Part shown: positions 1 to 12,710 of the stretch, piece by piece
Layout: every line of letters starts with the position of its first letter
Position numbering within the stretch: position 1 is the first letter of the stretch
DNA from: Chrysomallon squamiferum
Taxonomy: Eukaryota; Animalia; Mollusca
Direction of reading: 5' to 3'
Assembly (NCBI GenBank): GCA_012295275.1
Contig: CM022665.1
Span: forward strand, 31,062,001 to 31,126,000
Length of the DNA stretch: 64,000 nt
Made by a program: the position numbers and the translations under genes
Notes under the pieces: generated by a model
Told to the model about the DNA's origin: nothing
Databases searched by the model: none
What the model saw: only the letters and a program-made list of their open reading frames with translations

Positions 1-117
1 TTAAATCATAAATTATATTATTTTATTAAATAATTATCAATATTACTTTTAAAAAAAAAAAAAAAAAAAAAACAAAATTTAAAAAATAATAATAATAATT
101 TTGCTAAATTTACTTAC

Positions 118-474
118 ATTTGATTCGACAAGTCTCCGAAAGAATATTTCAAATTCTGATGGTGACAAATACCCATCTTTGTTCGTATCATGCAGTTTGA
201 ATAAATTGTAACCCGGTCCGAACCACGTCCTGCTTTCATCTTGCTCGAATGGCAAGGTATTTTCATGATTTCTATTTTTTAAGTGGTCATAGGTCAGAAA
301 ACTACCTAATATAATGGCTCCAAAACATACAAACAATGACACTCCTACAAATAACCATGTTGGAACTGTTTTGGCAGATTCTTCGATTCCAGATTTTGTA
401 TCGACTGTATCTGATTTCTTGCTTAAGTTACTCAAATTACTGTCGTTTTTGTTGGGCTCTTTTTTAGAGGCCAT
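118..474 (-). CDS. SELENON: Selenoprotein N-like ER membrane EF-hand protein, first coding exon (gene continues off the left edge)
   Basis: ATG at 474; 119 codons: polar N-tail, one TM segment (WLFVGVSLFVCFGAIILGSFLTY), then EF-hand LFKLHDTNKDGYLSPSEF, resembling SelN LFSSLDTDGDMYISPEEF. Phase-0 GTAAGT donor at 117. The Sec codon and SECIS are not in the window. Confidence 0.65.
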
Positions 475-1497
475 ATCGAATGCATCACACTGATACCAAG
501 ACTGTTATTTAACAAATTCATTTAATAGTTTTCGATATCGTTAACATAAACATCAGTGATACGACTTCAGTTTCTAACGTTTTTAAAACGTCCCACTCGT
601 GATAGCTCAACTACCTCAGTACCTGTGAAATAAATATTTCAATCGTATAATATTATACATTTATTTTCAGTGTTTTTCATAATCTCTGAAACATTAGTTG
701 TATTTCTATAATGTGTAATAAACGAATGAAAATATTCGCAAAAGGTGAAACTAAAAATCAGCTGTTCGTTACTCCTGAAAATATTTGCACTATATTATAT
801 TCTGCGACGACTGTAACCGGAACTACTTCAAAAATTAGGTCAGTAAAGGAATTCTCTAGGAATTCCCACAATATTCTATTTTAAACATCAAACAATTATC
901 GTAAGCTGTCAGAGATTGATATCGGTATTCAAAAACACCAAAGCTTATCTTTCAAATTTTAATTTATGCACATCTATTTCATCTTTTTCTAATAATTAAA
1001 CAATGGAAATAAGAACTCATGATTAATTATTGCCATATTTGTAAAGGAATGGAGTAGAGTAATACTAAATTAAAAAGTCTATCGACTCAATGTATTCAAA
1101 CGCGAGTGCACGTGCTTACAAACATATGTGTGCATCGACTTTTGCCTAATTTGGGTCAAGCTTAAATGACGTTAACAGCAAAAAAGGTGAAGGACAAAGA
1201 AAGTATGTTATGCAAATAGCTTGTCTAGGTAAATTAGTAGTTAAAACATTTCTTAAAAAAGGAGACAGATTTAAACACAGGATTAATTAATTATTAATTT
1301 TTTAGTGATTTTATAATTAAATTAATTAATTTAAATGCTTTTCTAAGTTTTCTTTCCATTACGATAATGCGGCTACACTGATGAAAACCCTACTATGAAT
1401 CAAAACGAAAGTTCAAAGTTGAATTTGTTAACTAATATTTGCCGAAATTGTTTGCAAATCACTATTTATGTTACAGACTGGATACAATGTGTAGTTA

Positions 1498-1629
1498 ATG
1501 ATGAGTCTTAGAGCTTTATGGATCATTAGTTTGCCGGCAAACAGAAAAGGAAAATGTTTGTATTTTAGGTAAAATTAAGTTGAATATCGTTCAGTATGAC
1601 AATTATTAAGTAACAGTGTATTACCGTAT

Positions 1630-1686
<57 letters not shown>

Positions 1687-4305
1687 CTGTAACCACTAGC
1701 AGGAAAGCTTAAGAGTAGGCCTAAAAGTCAAATATATTGAATATAGTGAAGAAACTAAGTAAAAAACAAACAAAAAAACAAAACAGAAGAGACAAATTCT
1801 GTATGTCAAGAACTAGAATAATGTCACTGCAGAAAGGAAAACAACACTTAAAAGAATTAAGTATTAAAGTCTCAAGTAAATTAACAATATGATGAAAGTC
1901 AGCTTATTCAGAATATTTATTTATACTTAAATATTTAATTTTGTGTGTGTGTATGGATAAATGACATGGGATTATTCTATGGTATTTTAAAGTATTGCGT
2001 ATTACTGGAACATTTTAAATCTTTCAGTATGTATCTTAAGTGTTATTTTCTAAAATTTCCTGAACAGAAGGTGTTTTGGACCAGTTATGGTGGCCTCTGT
2101 TACATTCTTTCCTTTACTTGTTATCTCCACCTTTTCACAGCATAGAACATGAATAATGTTTGATATGTATTTTTTAAAATCTATTTAAACTTTCTTAAAA
2201 TATAGTGTCTTTGTCGAATTTTCATAATTTCTGTTCAATGTAATGTAATAAATCTGTATAGAGAATGAATGAAACAATTTGTTTCTGTTTCTTATACATT
2301 TGTAACTTAGACTGTTAATTTTATAAAAGTCCAGAATCATTATACATACACACAAACTGAAATACAATTAAAAAATTCTACAAGTGTTTTGACATTCAGA
2401 ATCACATTAGTTATCCTATTTCACAACAAAATAAATGAAACACTCTTAATAAATACAAAACTTAAAATGCATTTCCAACAAAGATCAGTTTAATCATATT
2501 GACCAGAAAGGTTATGGCAATTTCTGATTTAAGAACCTGTACAAGTTTCAGTGTCAGACCAACCCTGTAGAGGTAACACATTTAATTTATTCCTTTTGTT
2601 TATTCCCAATATAGACACCATTGCATTTTATTCCCCCTCCCCTTTCTTTAAACAGAAAATTTCCCACTTCTGAAAAGAAAGCTAAAATTCTTGATGGAGA
2701 AAAATTTGTAGCACTGCCACAGACAGATCATTTTACACAGCTGCTGCTGTCTGAAGTCAGACTGTCACCAGACAGCCCAAAGGTTCGAACTTTAGAATTA
2801 CATTTTAATTGATTTTTGTCATGATTTTGTATTTAAGTATTTATGACATATTGAACATTTTGATTGACTGAAGTGTAAATACTTTGACATACAACATTTA
2901 TTGTATTGAGATGGTTTCTGAACTACATATGATTGATAATTAAAAACAACAACAAAAAAAAAAACACAAATGTTTGTGAAACACATGCAGAGATGTTAAT
3001 TCTGATGTTAAAACCAGCTGTTTTTCATTCTTCCTTTTTTTCTTATTTTTTTTTCAAATGATTTACAGATTTGGACTGAGAAGTTACTTTATGTTATTTC
3101 CTCTTTTTTTTAAAATATATTTTCATACAAACATTACTTTTTCATACCACATTTAGCAGCAGATATGATACTTAAAAAAACCAGAGGTAATTATCAACTA
3201 TTGAATTTTATTAATTCTGATGATATATATTTAGTTTACTGAAGTTTGTGACACCTGTAGTAAAGATGATGAGAAACCTGTGTTTGAACTGGAAACATCT
3301 GCAGGGAAACTGTGGCCAGTTGTTGTCATACAGCAGGTATACATAAAACCAGGACAGTCTTCTTCTATTTCTGAAAAAATGTTTTCAAATTACATACAGA
3401 GCTTGTTCATTTACTGCTGCTATTAGCAGGAACAGATTATATTCAGCTGAAAGAGAACACTGAGCATGCCTGTCCCTAAAGAAAACATGATTTAAGAATC
3501 AGTAATTATAATTGATATATTGATATGGTAAATAAAAACATATTTATTATAATTATTTAAATTTGTATGTGTGTGTGTGCTTTGGACAGATTGTTTATAA
3601 TTCAAAGCACTTAAAAGTTGTAAAAGTGTTTAAATGTTGTAATCATTTGCATTTTGGTATTAATTATATACAAATCAAACATTCTTGTCCATATAAACTG
3701 AGAAAAAAATCCAGCTATTTCTAAAATAAATTATGGATAAAATTAAATGTAGTTGTATTTAAAATGAATGTATTAAAAATACTAATTACAGAAAAATATG
3801 TGATATTTCATTGTATCTTGTACAGATATATCTTTTTCCTTTTTAATTTCATTTTGATTAACAGGTCTATCCAGTGTGACATTAAATATTTAGATTTAAA
3901 CTCAGAATTTAATTTCAGCATGGCTTATTACTTTGCTGCTTACCTCTTGTAAAACAAGGATGTCAAAACAGGCCACCACTTGTTGAAATGTAAGATTAGT
4001 AACAAATTTTTTATTATTCAAATTCGTTTATCTGTTATTTTGTTTTCTGTAAAGCTTTACACACATTTACTCTATTATTTGTATTACTTATTTAACTTTT
4101 TACATTTTTATTAATTTGAATTGAATTATAGCATTTAATATGTTGCATTTCTTTATTTTGCTCAGTACAAATCCATTAAAAAGTTTGTTAAATATTACAA
4201 TAATATTACACGATTTCAACAGTTTATTTCACTTTGCATTCTGTTAGTGTTTCACCAAAATATGATTATTATTTTTGTTTTAAATAATTAAAAAATCCTA
4301 ATCAG

Positions 4306-4346
<41 letters not shown>

Positions 4347-7300
4347 CGTGTATGTATGTATGTAATGTAAGTATGTATGTATATATCATTTTAGTCCATC
4401 AGTATCACTGGGTTTTTCACTTCTGTGTGGCATCTCTGATTATCTACGAACTCAAAACACCCAAGAGGTAAGTGTTTCATATATAAATAATAAGTATATT
4501 TTAACAACAAAATACCTTTGGTTAATTATGGGTATAAAATTATTTCATTTAATTTTTGGGACAGGAAAGTTTGAAATTATTATTTATTTTTGTCTTAATT
4601 ATACATTTAAATAATAATTTGTTTAATGTAATTGTTTGTATATATGTGTACACACCCACACACACAAATATTTTGTGGTGTTTGTTATCAGTGTGTGAAA
4701 ATGGGAAAGTATATTTGATTGTGAAAACTAGTAATCTCACATTGTCTTAACTGTAATTGGTGAGACAATTATTTATTTTAGTTGGTGTCAAGAATTGCAG
4801 AGCTTCCTAACTTTATCAATGAGGCTGCACCATTTGGTGTCCCCAGAGACACATGTAGTGAAACAGTTGTGGCTAAACTGGCTAACAAGATTTTATCACT
4901 GCCAAAGTCACAAAAGGTAGTACAGTCATAATACTAATTTGTAGTAATACTGATAATAATAATACAGAATAAAAGAGACATGACTATACTGGTTTTATAA
5001 GATTAAAATTTGTTTTGATTATAATTTTAAAAACAATGAATCATGTCATGTTTGTATTTTTAAAATGTAAAGTAAAGTTAGAACATATTTTTTCTTAACC
5101 TTTTAATGTACAGGCAGAAATTTCGTATAGATGTTTTTAAAAATAAAAACAGCAACTGAATTATAATGTCAGTGTAAAGGGAATGTAATTTTTAATCAGA
5201 CAGATTCTTTTTATTATATGTAGAAAAATACTGGTTATTTTTGGATTATGTTCTTTTCAGCAACCTGCATGGAAGCCAGTTTTATACAGAGGAAAAACGA
5301 GCATCTACCTCAAGGTGTCAGAATGTATCAAAGCAGCACAGGTAAATAAGAGTCTGAAATGTTGTTGGTTGCAGGATTGATCCTTCTGAATGGAACAGCT
5401 GGACTTTTTACCAGTCCAACTATCCTGTGTTTTTTCCTGACTCAGAGAAGTTGTATATAAAGTAATGGATGAAGGAAAGAAATGTTGTATTTAACACACT
5501 CAGCATATTTTATTTATTCATGTATTATAATGAAAGGAAACCTGTTGCTACCATTTCATTGGTTACTCTTTTTACAGACAGGATAGTACTTACAGCTTTA
5601 TGAGTTATGGAACACTGGCTGCTGGAATGAGAAATAGTTCTGTGGGTTCACTAAGAGAAATAGTTCTGTGGGTTCACTAAGAGAAATATATCCCTACCTT
5701 GTGTGAACACACTACCATTGAGCTCTCTCCCCAAGATACATCTAACTGATAAACCCTTATAGAAGAGCAGCATGTTTATTCTCTTATACAAAAAGTAAAA
5801 ATCACTGAGAGTAAGACCTGTTGAGATATCATTAAGTACCAAACCCTATGCACCCTCCAGAAATAAAAGAAAAAAAGAAAGGTAAAAAAAGAAAATAAGA
5901 AAAAATATATTTATTTTAGTTTGCATCTGAACAGTTAAATTTATTAAACATATTTGGATTTTTAAATAGTCATCTAATATGTCAATTTTTACTTAACAGA
6001 AAGTAAATATTTGAATCATATAATTATTTATTTATACATTTAAGTTTAAAGGCAAGAAAGGCTTTTTAAAAATGTTTTTAATTTTTTAATTTTTTAATAT
6101 TATTAGTGTGAACAAGGTGAATCCCAGGACTTCTGGGATGTTTATGGCAGCATCTTGTGTAAGGCTGATCTTGAGGGTGCCATGCCTGACATTACAATGA
6201 ACATTTCATTTCACAGTGAAAAAGACTGTGTACCTCTTGATCATCTGACCATACATCCCTGTGTGCAGAGTGCTGACTCAGCAGTTCTTGTCACAGGTAT
6301 CTCTATCACTGACATGTATCTGTAGTGAACTTACCTTGATATTTCTTTGTGAGATATAATATACAGGGCCTGAGATAGATATTTACATATTTAATATAAA
6401 ATGATGTGATGAAATCAAAGGATTTTGATGCACATGCTTTTTATTATATTATTAATTTATATGAACATTTCATGGTTATATTCATAATTTACTGTGTGGC
6501 ACCAATATTAAATAAAATGCACATTCATTCTGAATTAAATTAAATTAATTACAAATAAGTAAATATGGCATATGGTGAATTTTGATCAAGGCATTTTGAC
6601 ACAAAAATGTGTATGTTACCATCAACCATTACTTATTTTTTACATTACTGTTTTGCAGAAAATGTCACTCCTCGTAGAATTCGGTTCACACCCCCAGCAG
6701 GGATGTTCACTCTCTGTCATTATACAGCTTCTCGACTGCAGGAACTTCCAGTATTTGGAGTCTATCAAATGACTGTATGATACTATTCTTCACATTTTCA
6801 CTTTATTTTATCACATATATATATTAAAATGACAACTTTCCCATATGTTTTAATTTAAAAAAAGTATATTCTACCCTGATTTTGTTATTAATAATATTTG
6901 GAATAGGGTCATTCCATGTCAAATCACCCCCCAAAAACCCAACTTAAACCCGACTGTCTCAGATTTTTATGAAACTTCATATACTTGTTGACTGGGATCC
7001 CACAGCACCAAATCTGGCCCACCGAATTTTGAGATTTTTGGCAAACATTGGCGTGACCACCAACCTTTGAACCTGCATATCTCAGGAACTACTGGGCCAA
7101 CTATTGTTGAAAAGGCAATATGACAAGGATTCCAAATCTGCCATTATTGTTCAGTTTGGAAAATTTGGGGGTCACTGACCTATTGACCTTTTGTTATGAC
7201 CTTGAAATTGACACTGTGGGTCACGTGACCTTGAGATGACCTTTATTGAAATTTAATCTTCCACATGTTAACTATATAATATATTAAAGTTTTATTAATA

Positions 7301-10300
7301 TTTTTTGTTTAGCCACAATATAGATTTAAAAAATACACATACATGAAAATAACACTTTTTCTGCCATTAACATCTGATTTACTAAAACCTGAATGATCAA
7401 TTCTGGATGCTAGGAATCACCATCTCTCTTGATCAGTGATTAAGACACTGTAGGCCTACATGTATGCATAAAGTTCACATAAATTTGACAGAACTAGGTA
7501 TTTCTGATGCTTAACCTTCTCACCATCTTTGTTTCAAATGCTCACTGTATCCTTCATTCCTGGACACATTCTACTGTTCTCGTCACTTTCATAAAATTGG
7601 ACTATTTCCTCCTTCAATTCATTTGACAGAACTTTCCCTTGTTTCTTATCACAGAGGGATAGAATCCCTTTCTCTTTCTTCACAGCACAGCTTTTTTTCA
7701 CAAGGTAATTTGTTGTTTCATATTCATTCATTGTCCTTTCATTGGTAAAGGGTGACAAAGACAAGATTTGCACATGCTCTGGGTAGGATTCGGACTTGTT
7801 GAATTTCTCTTTTAACTCCTCCAACGTGTTCCTGAATAAATGAAGTTCCGATTTTTCTGATGAGTCAGGGTCACTTTCAGGAGAATGAAGCAGAATATCA
7901 TAGACTGTTTCAAATATTATTAATAACTGTTTCAAGATGTTGTTTTAATGATACTGTAGCTGATGCTAGTTTTTTCTGTCCTTTCATTCGTTTACTGCAA
8001 CATGCTAGTGAATGGAATTTAACAGGAATTTTGCCTAAACTCGACAGGATAGAATTCAAATCAAAGTCCTTTTCTGGGGAAACAACAACCAGCGGTTTGT
8101 CTGACTAGTTATCATCAAATTCTCCCATACTAAAGCCATCCTCTGCAAGGGTTTGGACCTTTGATTTCTGAAGACAGTCACAGCACAACTTGTCTCCTGG
8201 CACTAGTGTCTTTGGATTTACTAAGCATTTGTAAGTGCCCATGCTAACAATTCTTAAAGATCTAGTGCGTGCTTGCTTAGGATGGTGATTAAGGGGATCA
8301 CAACACTTTTCCCACAATGTTGAAAACTTGATTAAAAGTTCTTGTTCATGATGTGAACAGATACTCTTGATGTCCCGTGTTTTGATCCCACTTCAAAATG
8401 TGAGGAGTTCAACTTCCTCAGTTTTCCATACACTTCACAACAACTCCTTTTTGGTATGATAGTGTTGATAACACACATTTTCAGGAGAGTAATTGCCATG
8501 TGCTCGATGGGGAATTCACCAGTTCCTGACATGCCTGAAGCATCACTTTCTGTTAACCCTTTGAGCCTGATTGTGTAGAACATGTCGTGCCATTTGGCAT
8601 CTTTTCATATCCTTCAGGCATTCCTTCAGACATGTCAGGTGGGTTTTAACTCCAAAGATGAGTTTTTGGTCTCAGAGAAGTGTATGCATGTAGAAAATAA
8701 GACATTGTAATGCATTCAATCATCCATGCAGGTATGCATTTTTTAAATCTGTATTATGGCTAAACAAAAAATATTACACCTCGGAAACTTTTATGTGTTC
8801 CAGATTTGGAATCCTTGTCATATTGCCTTTTCAACAGTACTAATTTTATGAAGATTGGTCCAGTAGTTCCTGATATATGAGGGTTCTAAGGTTGGTGGTC
8901 ATGCTCATTTTTGCCAAAAATCTCAAAATTCGGTGGGCCACATCTCCCACACCACTGGTCCGATTGGCCTAAAATTTCAGATTTGGGTCCCAGTCAACAA
9001 GTATACCAAGTTTCATAAAAATCTTAAATTACATTTTAAGAATACCTGACAGTTTTTTTCTTATTTAGTACTTTTGTTTATATTTAATATAATTTTATTT
9101 ATTTAAATTCTTTTCAATGATTTATATTTGTTACTTGTCATTGCAATATTTTTAAATAACTTTTATTTTATTTGTCAGTGTGATTCCAGAACAGCCAGAT
9201 TTAACGTCAACCTAAAACTGAGTGATCAGATTAAGAACAACTTTGAATACTGTGAACTTCAGATTCCATTTTATAACAGGTAAATATTTTAACCAATGAA
9301 TTTAGAAACTTAAAATTTACTTATTGTTGACTGAAAAATGATACTTTGGTATAAGCATAATTCTCAGATAGAATTATGACAAATCATACTAATTTGTAGA
9401 TGAAGTTGAATCATAGTAAGAGAAGTTAATGGTAATAACATCTGGCACTCAATAGCCGATTGCTTTTTGTGATGGGGTGTCATTAAACATTCGTCAATTC
9501 ATTCTTTTAATAATAACATTAGCATCATGATTTAGATGTTTTTACAAATATGATTTAAAGTACCTGTTGTTAGAAACCTCTTATTTATTAATGAATAACA
9601 TAAATTATAAATAAATTAAAAAAATTATAGTTTTCTTTATTTTGTATTATTGAAGAGTTACCCAAATGATGACTATTATTTACATTACTCTATATTAACA
9701 TATATAAATCCTTATTTTTCTTTTCTTTTTTTAATCATATTAATTTCTTCTTTGTTTTTGAAGATTTAAAATAAAACATTAATTGTCTGTTGTTTTTAGA
9801 GGAGTAATTTCCAGTTTTGAGACCGTGCCATCTCAGGGAAGTACAAATTTGTCTCCAGATAAGACTATAGTAGTCTGGAATATTGGTAAAAAAAAATTAA
9901 AAATATTTTTATTATTTTATTAATATTAATTGTTTTTCACTTTACACTTGAGAGTAAATTTTAACACCAAAAATTGTATAATAATTCTGTAATTGAAAAT
10001 TATTTATAATGAATATGTTCATGTATAATAAAATCTGAGATAATAACAGCTCACATCTATACAATGCATTTTTGTTAATGAACTGATCAAATTGTTTTCT
10101 GTCTTGCATTACTGAAAAGTAGTTTTAAATGAGAATTAACATTTATTACAGGTTATTTTTTTAAAGAAAGTTGAAAAAAGAAAGAATGAAAGTGAAATGA
10201 AAAATCTATTAATGATGAGATTTAAATTTTTAGTGTGAACAACATTTTAGATTTCTCTTGCCCTCCACAGGTCAAAAATTTCCTAGTAAGACCCTGGAGG

Positions 10301-11422
10301 TTTCTGTGTCAGGAACTGTTCATTTTAATGAAGGCAAATCAACTCAGTTATTTTCAGCAGAGGAACTCTTTTGTTCTGGGCAAAATGGCTATGCTCAGGT
10401 TGGTTTTATAGCAGGGGTTCCCCAATTTTATTTTTCAATTTACCCCTGGCAACTTATATGAAAGAAAATTTACCCACACACCCGTTTTGTTAAGTAATTT
10501 GTACTCTGTTATATATAGGAAACTACAGCAAAATCTAATATTAAAATAAGCTTTGTGCTTTTGTTTTTTTTAAAGAAAAAAAGTAAGAATTTATTTCTAC
10601 AGGATTTATAAAACAATGTGGTGTAATATATAATATATAATAATACCAAATAATTGTGGTATTCATATTGCATTGAATATACTCAATACACAAATATAGA
10701 ATCTTCATTTCTTTTCTATTTCAGCATCTGTGAAGCAGTTTAATATTTCAGACATCTCCTTTCTTTTCTTTTTTTCAGCTTTATTTTAAGATTCCTGAAT
10801 TTACACACACTGGCTGCTACATAGATCCTAAATCTATTCAAGTTTCTCCTAGCACCAAGTTCAAATTAACAACAGGTTAGTGTGTCTATAAAGAATTTTG
10901 AATTATCAACAAAACCTGAAACAAATAACTGTAGCAAAATATTTAAGTAAAGCCAGAAGCCTTCTACATTGTAAAAGATGTTAACAATACCAATCAGTAT
11001 TTTGAACAATTCTCATTTAAATCAAATACTGTTGAAGCATTATTTTATGTACTTTTTGGTAAATGGAAAATATTTAATTTTGTCATTTGTATTAATTTTT
11101 TTGGTATAAATTAGATGAAAATAGCAAGAGATAGTTTTCCCACTGATTGTTTAATTTGCTGTTTTTAATTTACATTCATATTTTCTGGATTTTTTAAAAA
11201 CTGAATGACAGTGATATGCATGTCAACTAGAAGAGTTAAACATTCAGAATTTCATAATATGCTGTGCTAATTAAAATTGCCTAACTTTAATTTGTCAATA
11301 GATATAAACTGTGTTTCACAAATAATGATGTATTGATGTTTTTAGTTCAACAGTATTCTTCAACTGATTATAAAATCTGGAATTCTTATGGTGACACCTT
11401 GACCATTACTACCACAAAGTAG
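1498..11422 (+). CDS. AP5M1: AP-5 complex subunit mu-1 (MUDENG), 14 exons, ~484 aa
   Basis: Exons 1498-1568, 2656-2782, 3235-3336, 3919-3989, 4395-4467, 4782-4916, 5261-5341, 6107-6296, 6659-6774, 9179-9279, 9800-9885, 10271-10398, 10779-10875, 11346-11422, all GT-AG and phase-compatible (1455 nt). Peptides MMSLRALWII, RKFPTSEKKAK, KLWPVV, RPPLV, ELPNFINEAAPFG, QPAWKP, RFTPP, GQKFPSK and DYKIWNSYG match the AP5M1 family. Confidence 0.92.
1631..1684. repeat. (TAA)n microsatellite
   Basis: Perfect trinucleotide run in AP5M1 intron 1. Confidence 0.95.
4307..4384. repeat. (TG)n followed by (TATG)n microsatellite
   Basis: Visible run just upstream of AP5M1 exon 5. Confidence 0.9.
5468..5730 (-). 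mobile_element. Degenerate SINE-like interspersed repeat
   Basis: Blocks GAAAGGAAACCTG(T/C)TG and A(C)AGACAGG recur at ~12587-12630, ~31375-31450 and ~47050. A GAAG/GAAT simple-repeat tail lies at the left end. Contains an internal 26-bp tandem duplication (GAGAAATAGTTCTGTGGGTTCACTAA). Confidence 0.6.
6906..9025 (-). mobile_element. Internally deleted DNA transposon with long imperfect TIRs, Sola2-like, in AP5M1 intron 9
   Basis: Inverted arms: ~6960-7140 vs ~8800-9024 (CAAGGATTCCAAATCTG / CAGATTTGGAATCCTTG; GCCCACCGAATTTTGAGATTTTTGGC) and ~7297-7345 vs ~8733-8775. Left end starts GGGTCATTCC. Broken minus-strand ORF ICSHHE..KCCDP..H..PGDKLC..C, QILSLSP, KEKGILS, QFYESDENSRMCPGMKDTVS, QKYLVLSNLCELY resembles the N-half of Sola2-type transposases. 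The catalytic core and the extreme right terminus are missing. The family assignment is from memory of motifs. Confidence 0.7.
9420..9505 (+). mobile_element. Short SINE-like 3' fragment
   Basis: CTGGCACTCAATAGCCGAT...GGGGTGTCATTAAACATTC followed by a (CATT)n-like tail; GC-richer than the surrounding intron. Confidence 0.4.
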
Positions 11423-12559
11423 AAAGTTTCATCATTAATGATGGATTCTGAAGATGACAAGACATTTGTATTTAATTATTTTCTGCATACAATAATGAAA
11501 AATTATAAAATATAATGATGTGCAATATATTTTGTATATTATTTTATTAAAAATTTATAAAATGATGTGAATTTTTTTCTCCTCACATTTGATAAAGTCT
11601 GCCCTCTTGGCTGTATATGTGTTTTTTTCAAATTTTGGTAGAACCCATATATGAGAATGTTTTGATAAAAAAAAAAAAAGAAAAAGAAAATGCAAAACTG
11701 TTGCAGGTGGGGTCACAGTGAATCTCTTTTTAAAATCACAATTATATTGAAGTGATTTTAGGCACATTCCATTGTCAAAAATAGTTCCTATAGCAGATGT
11801 TTAAACAATCTATGCTTTTTGGCCAATCCCAGTACTGCAAAACACACTTTAAAATGACCATTATTGCACTTTTATATTAGTTTATTTCATTCATACATTG
11901 ATTTATTAGCTAATCTAAAGAGAGAAATAGACTTTAATTTTTTACTGTTTTTCCTAATGTAATATAATGATGGAAACTAACATATGCTGTGAAATACATT
12001 GTTTTAAAATCAGTTTTAAAAAGTTCAGTTTATTCAAAATGAACAATACACCATTTTCATTGATAAATTTATTTATTATAACTTCATATTTACAATAGGA
12101 AAGAGACAATTCAAATTTTAAGGTCTGTGTACTTCGAATTCTAGTTGGTTCCCTTGCCTCACTATAGGTGTCACTACCATTCACTGAGTGATAGTGTCAC
12201 AGAGCAAGGCAAGGGAACCAGACTATTTTGAACACATGGGCAAAGAAAAACTAAACGGATGTATGTTTCAAATAAATATAAAAGTGCAATAATAGTAATT
12301 CTATGGTCCATTTTGGTCCTATTCAGAACTTTTATGCATTTATAACAGTAAATAATATATATGTATAAGAAAGCATCTTTGGTGAATGAATCATGGGGCA
12401 CTGATTGGAAACGGTAATGGCTAAATGGATGTTTTAAGCCTAAGAATTTTCTGTGAGATTTAATAACTCTATCCGTTTTTTCTTGCACATATAAAGCACA
12501 CTACTTTATTTACCCTATTCAGAATCATGTTGTTTCACTAAAAAATGGTCACAGTGTTA

Positions 12560-12710
12560 GACATGGCTTATGACAAGACATATATGGAAAGGAAACCTGC
12601 TGTTGCTTCTTTTTTTTTTAGACAGGGAAGCACTAACCCTAGACTTTGATAAAGCTGCTGTAGGTTACCAACTTGAAAGGAAATCATCACCCCTCAACAG
12701 ATGGAGAACT
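12560..12710 (-). mobile_element. Degenerate copy of the SINE-like family seen at 5468
   Basis: GAAAGGAAACCTGCTG...AGACAGGGAAGCAC...CTTTGATA blocks in the same order as the other copies. Confidence 0.45.

Noticed and set aside
1378-1412. Hammerhead-like words CTGATGA...CGAAA
   Set aside because: The intervening sequence cannot form stem II, and no stems I/III are evident
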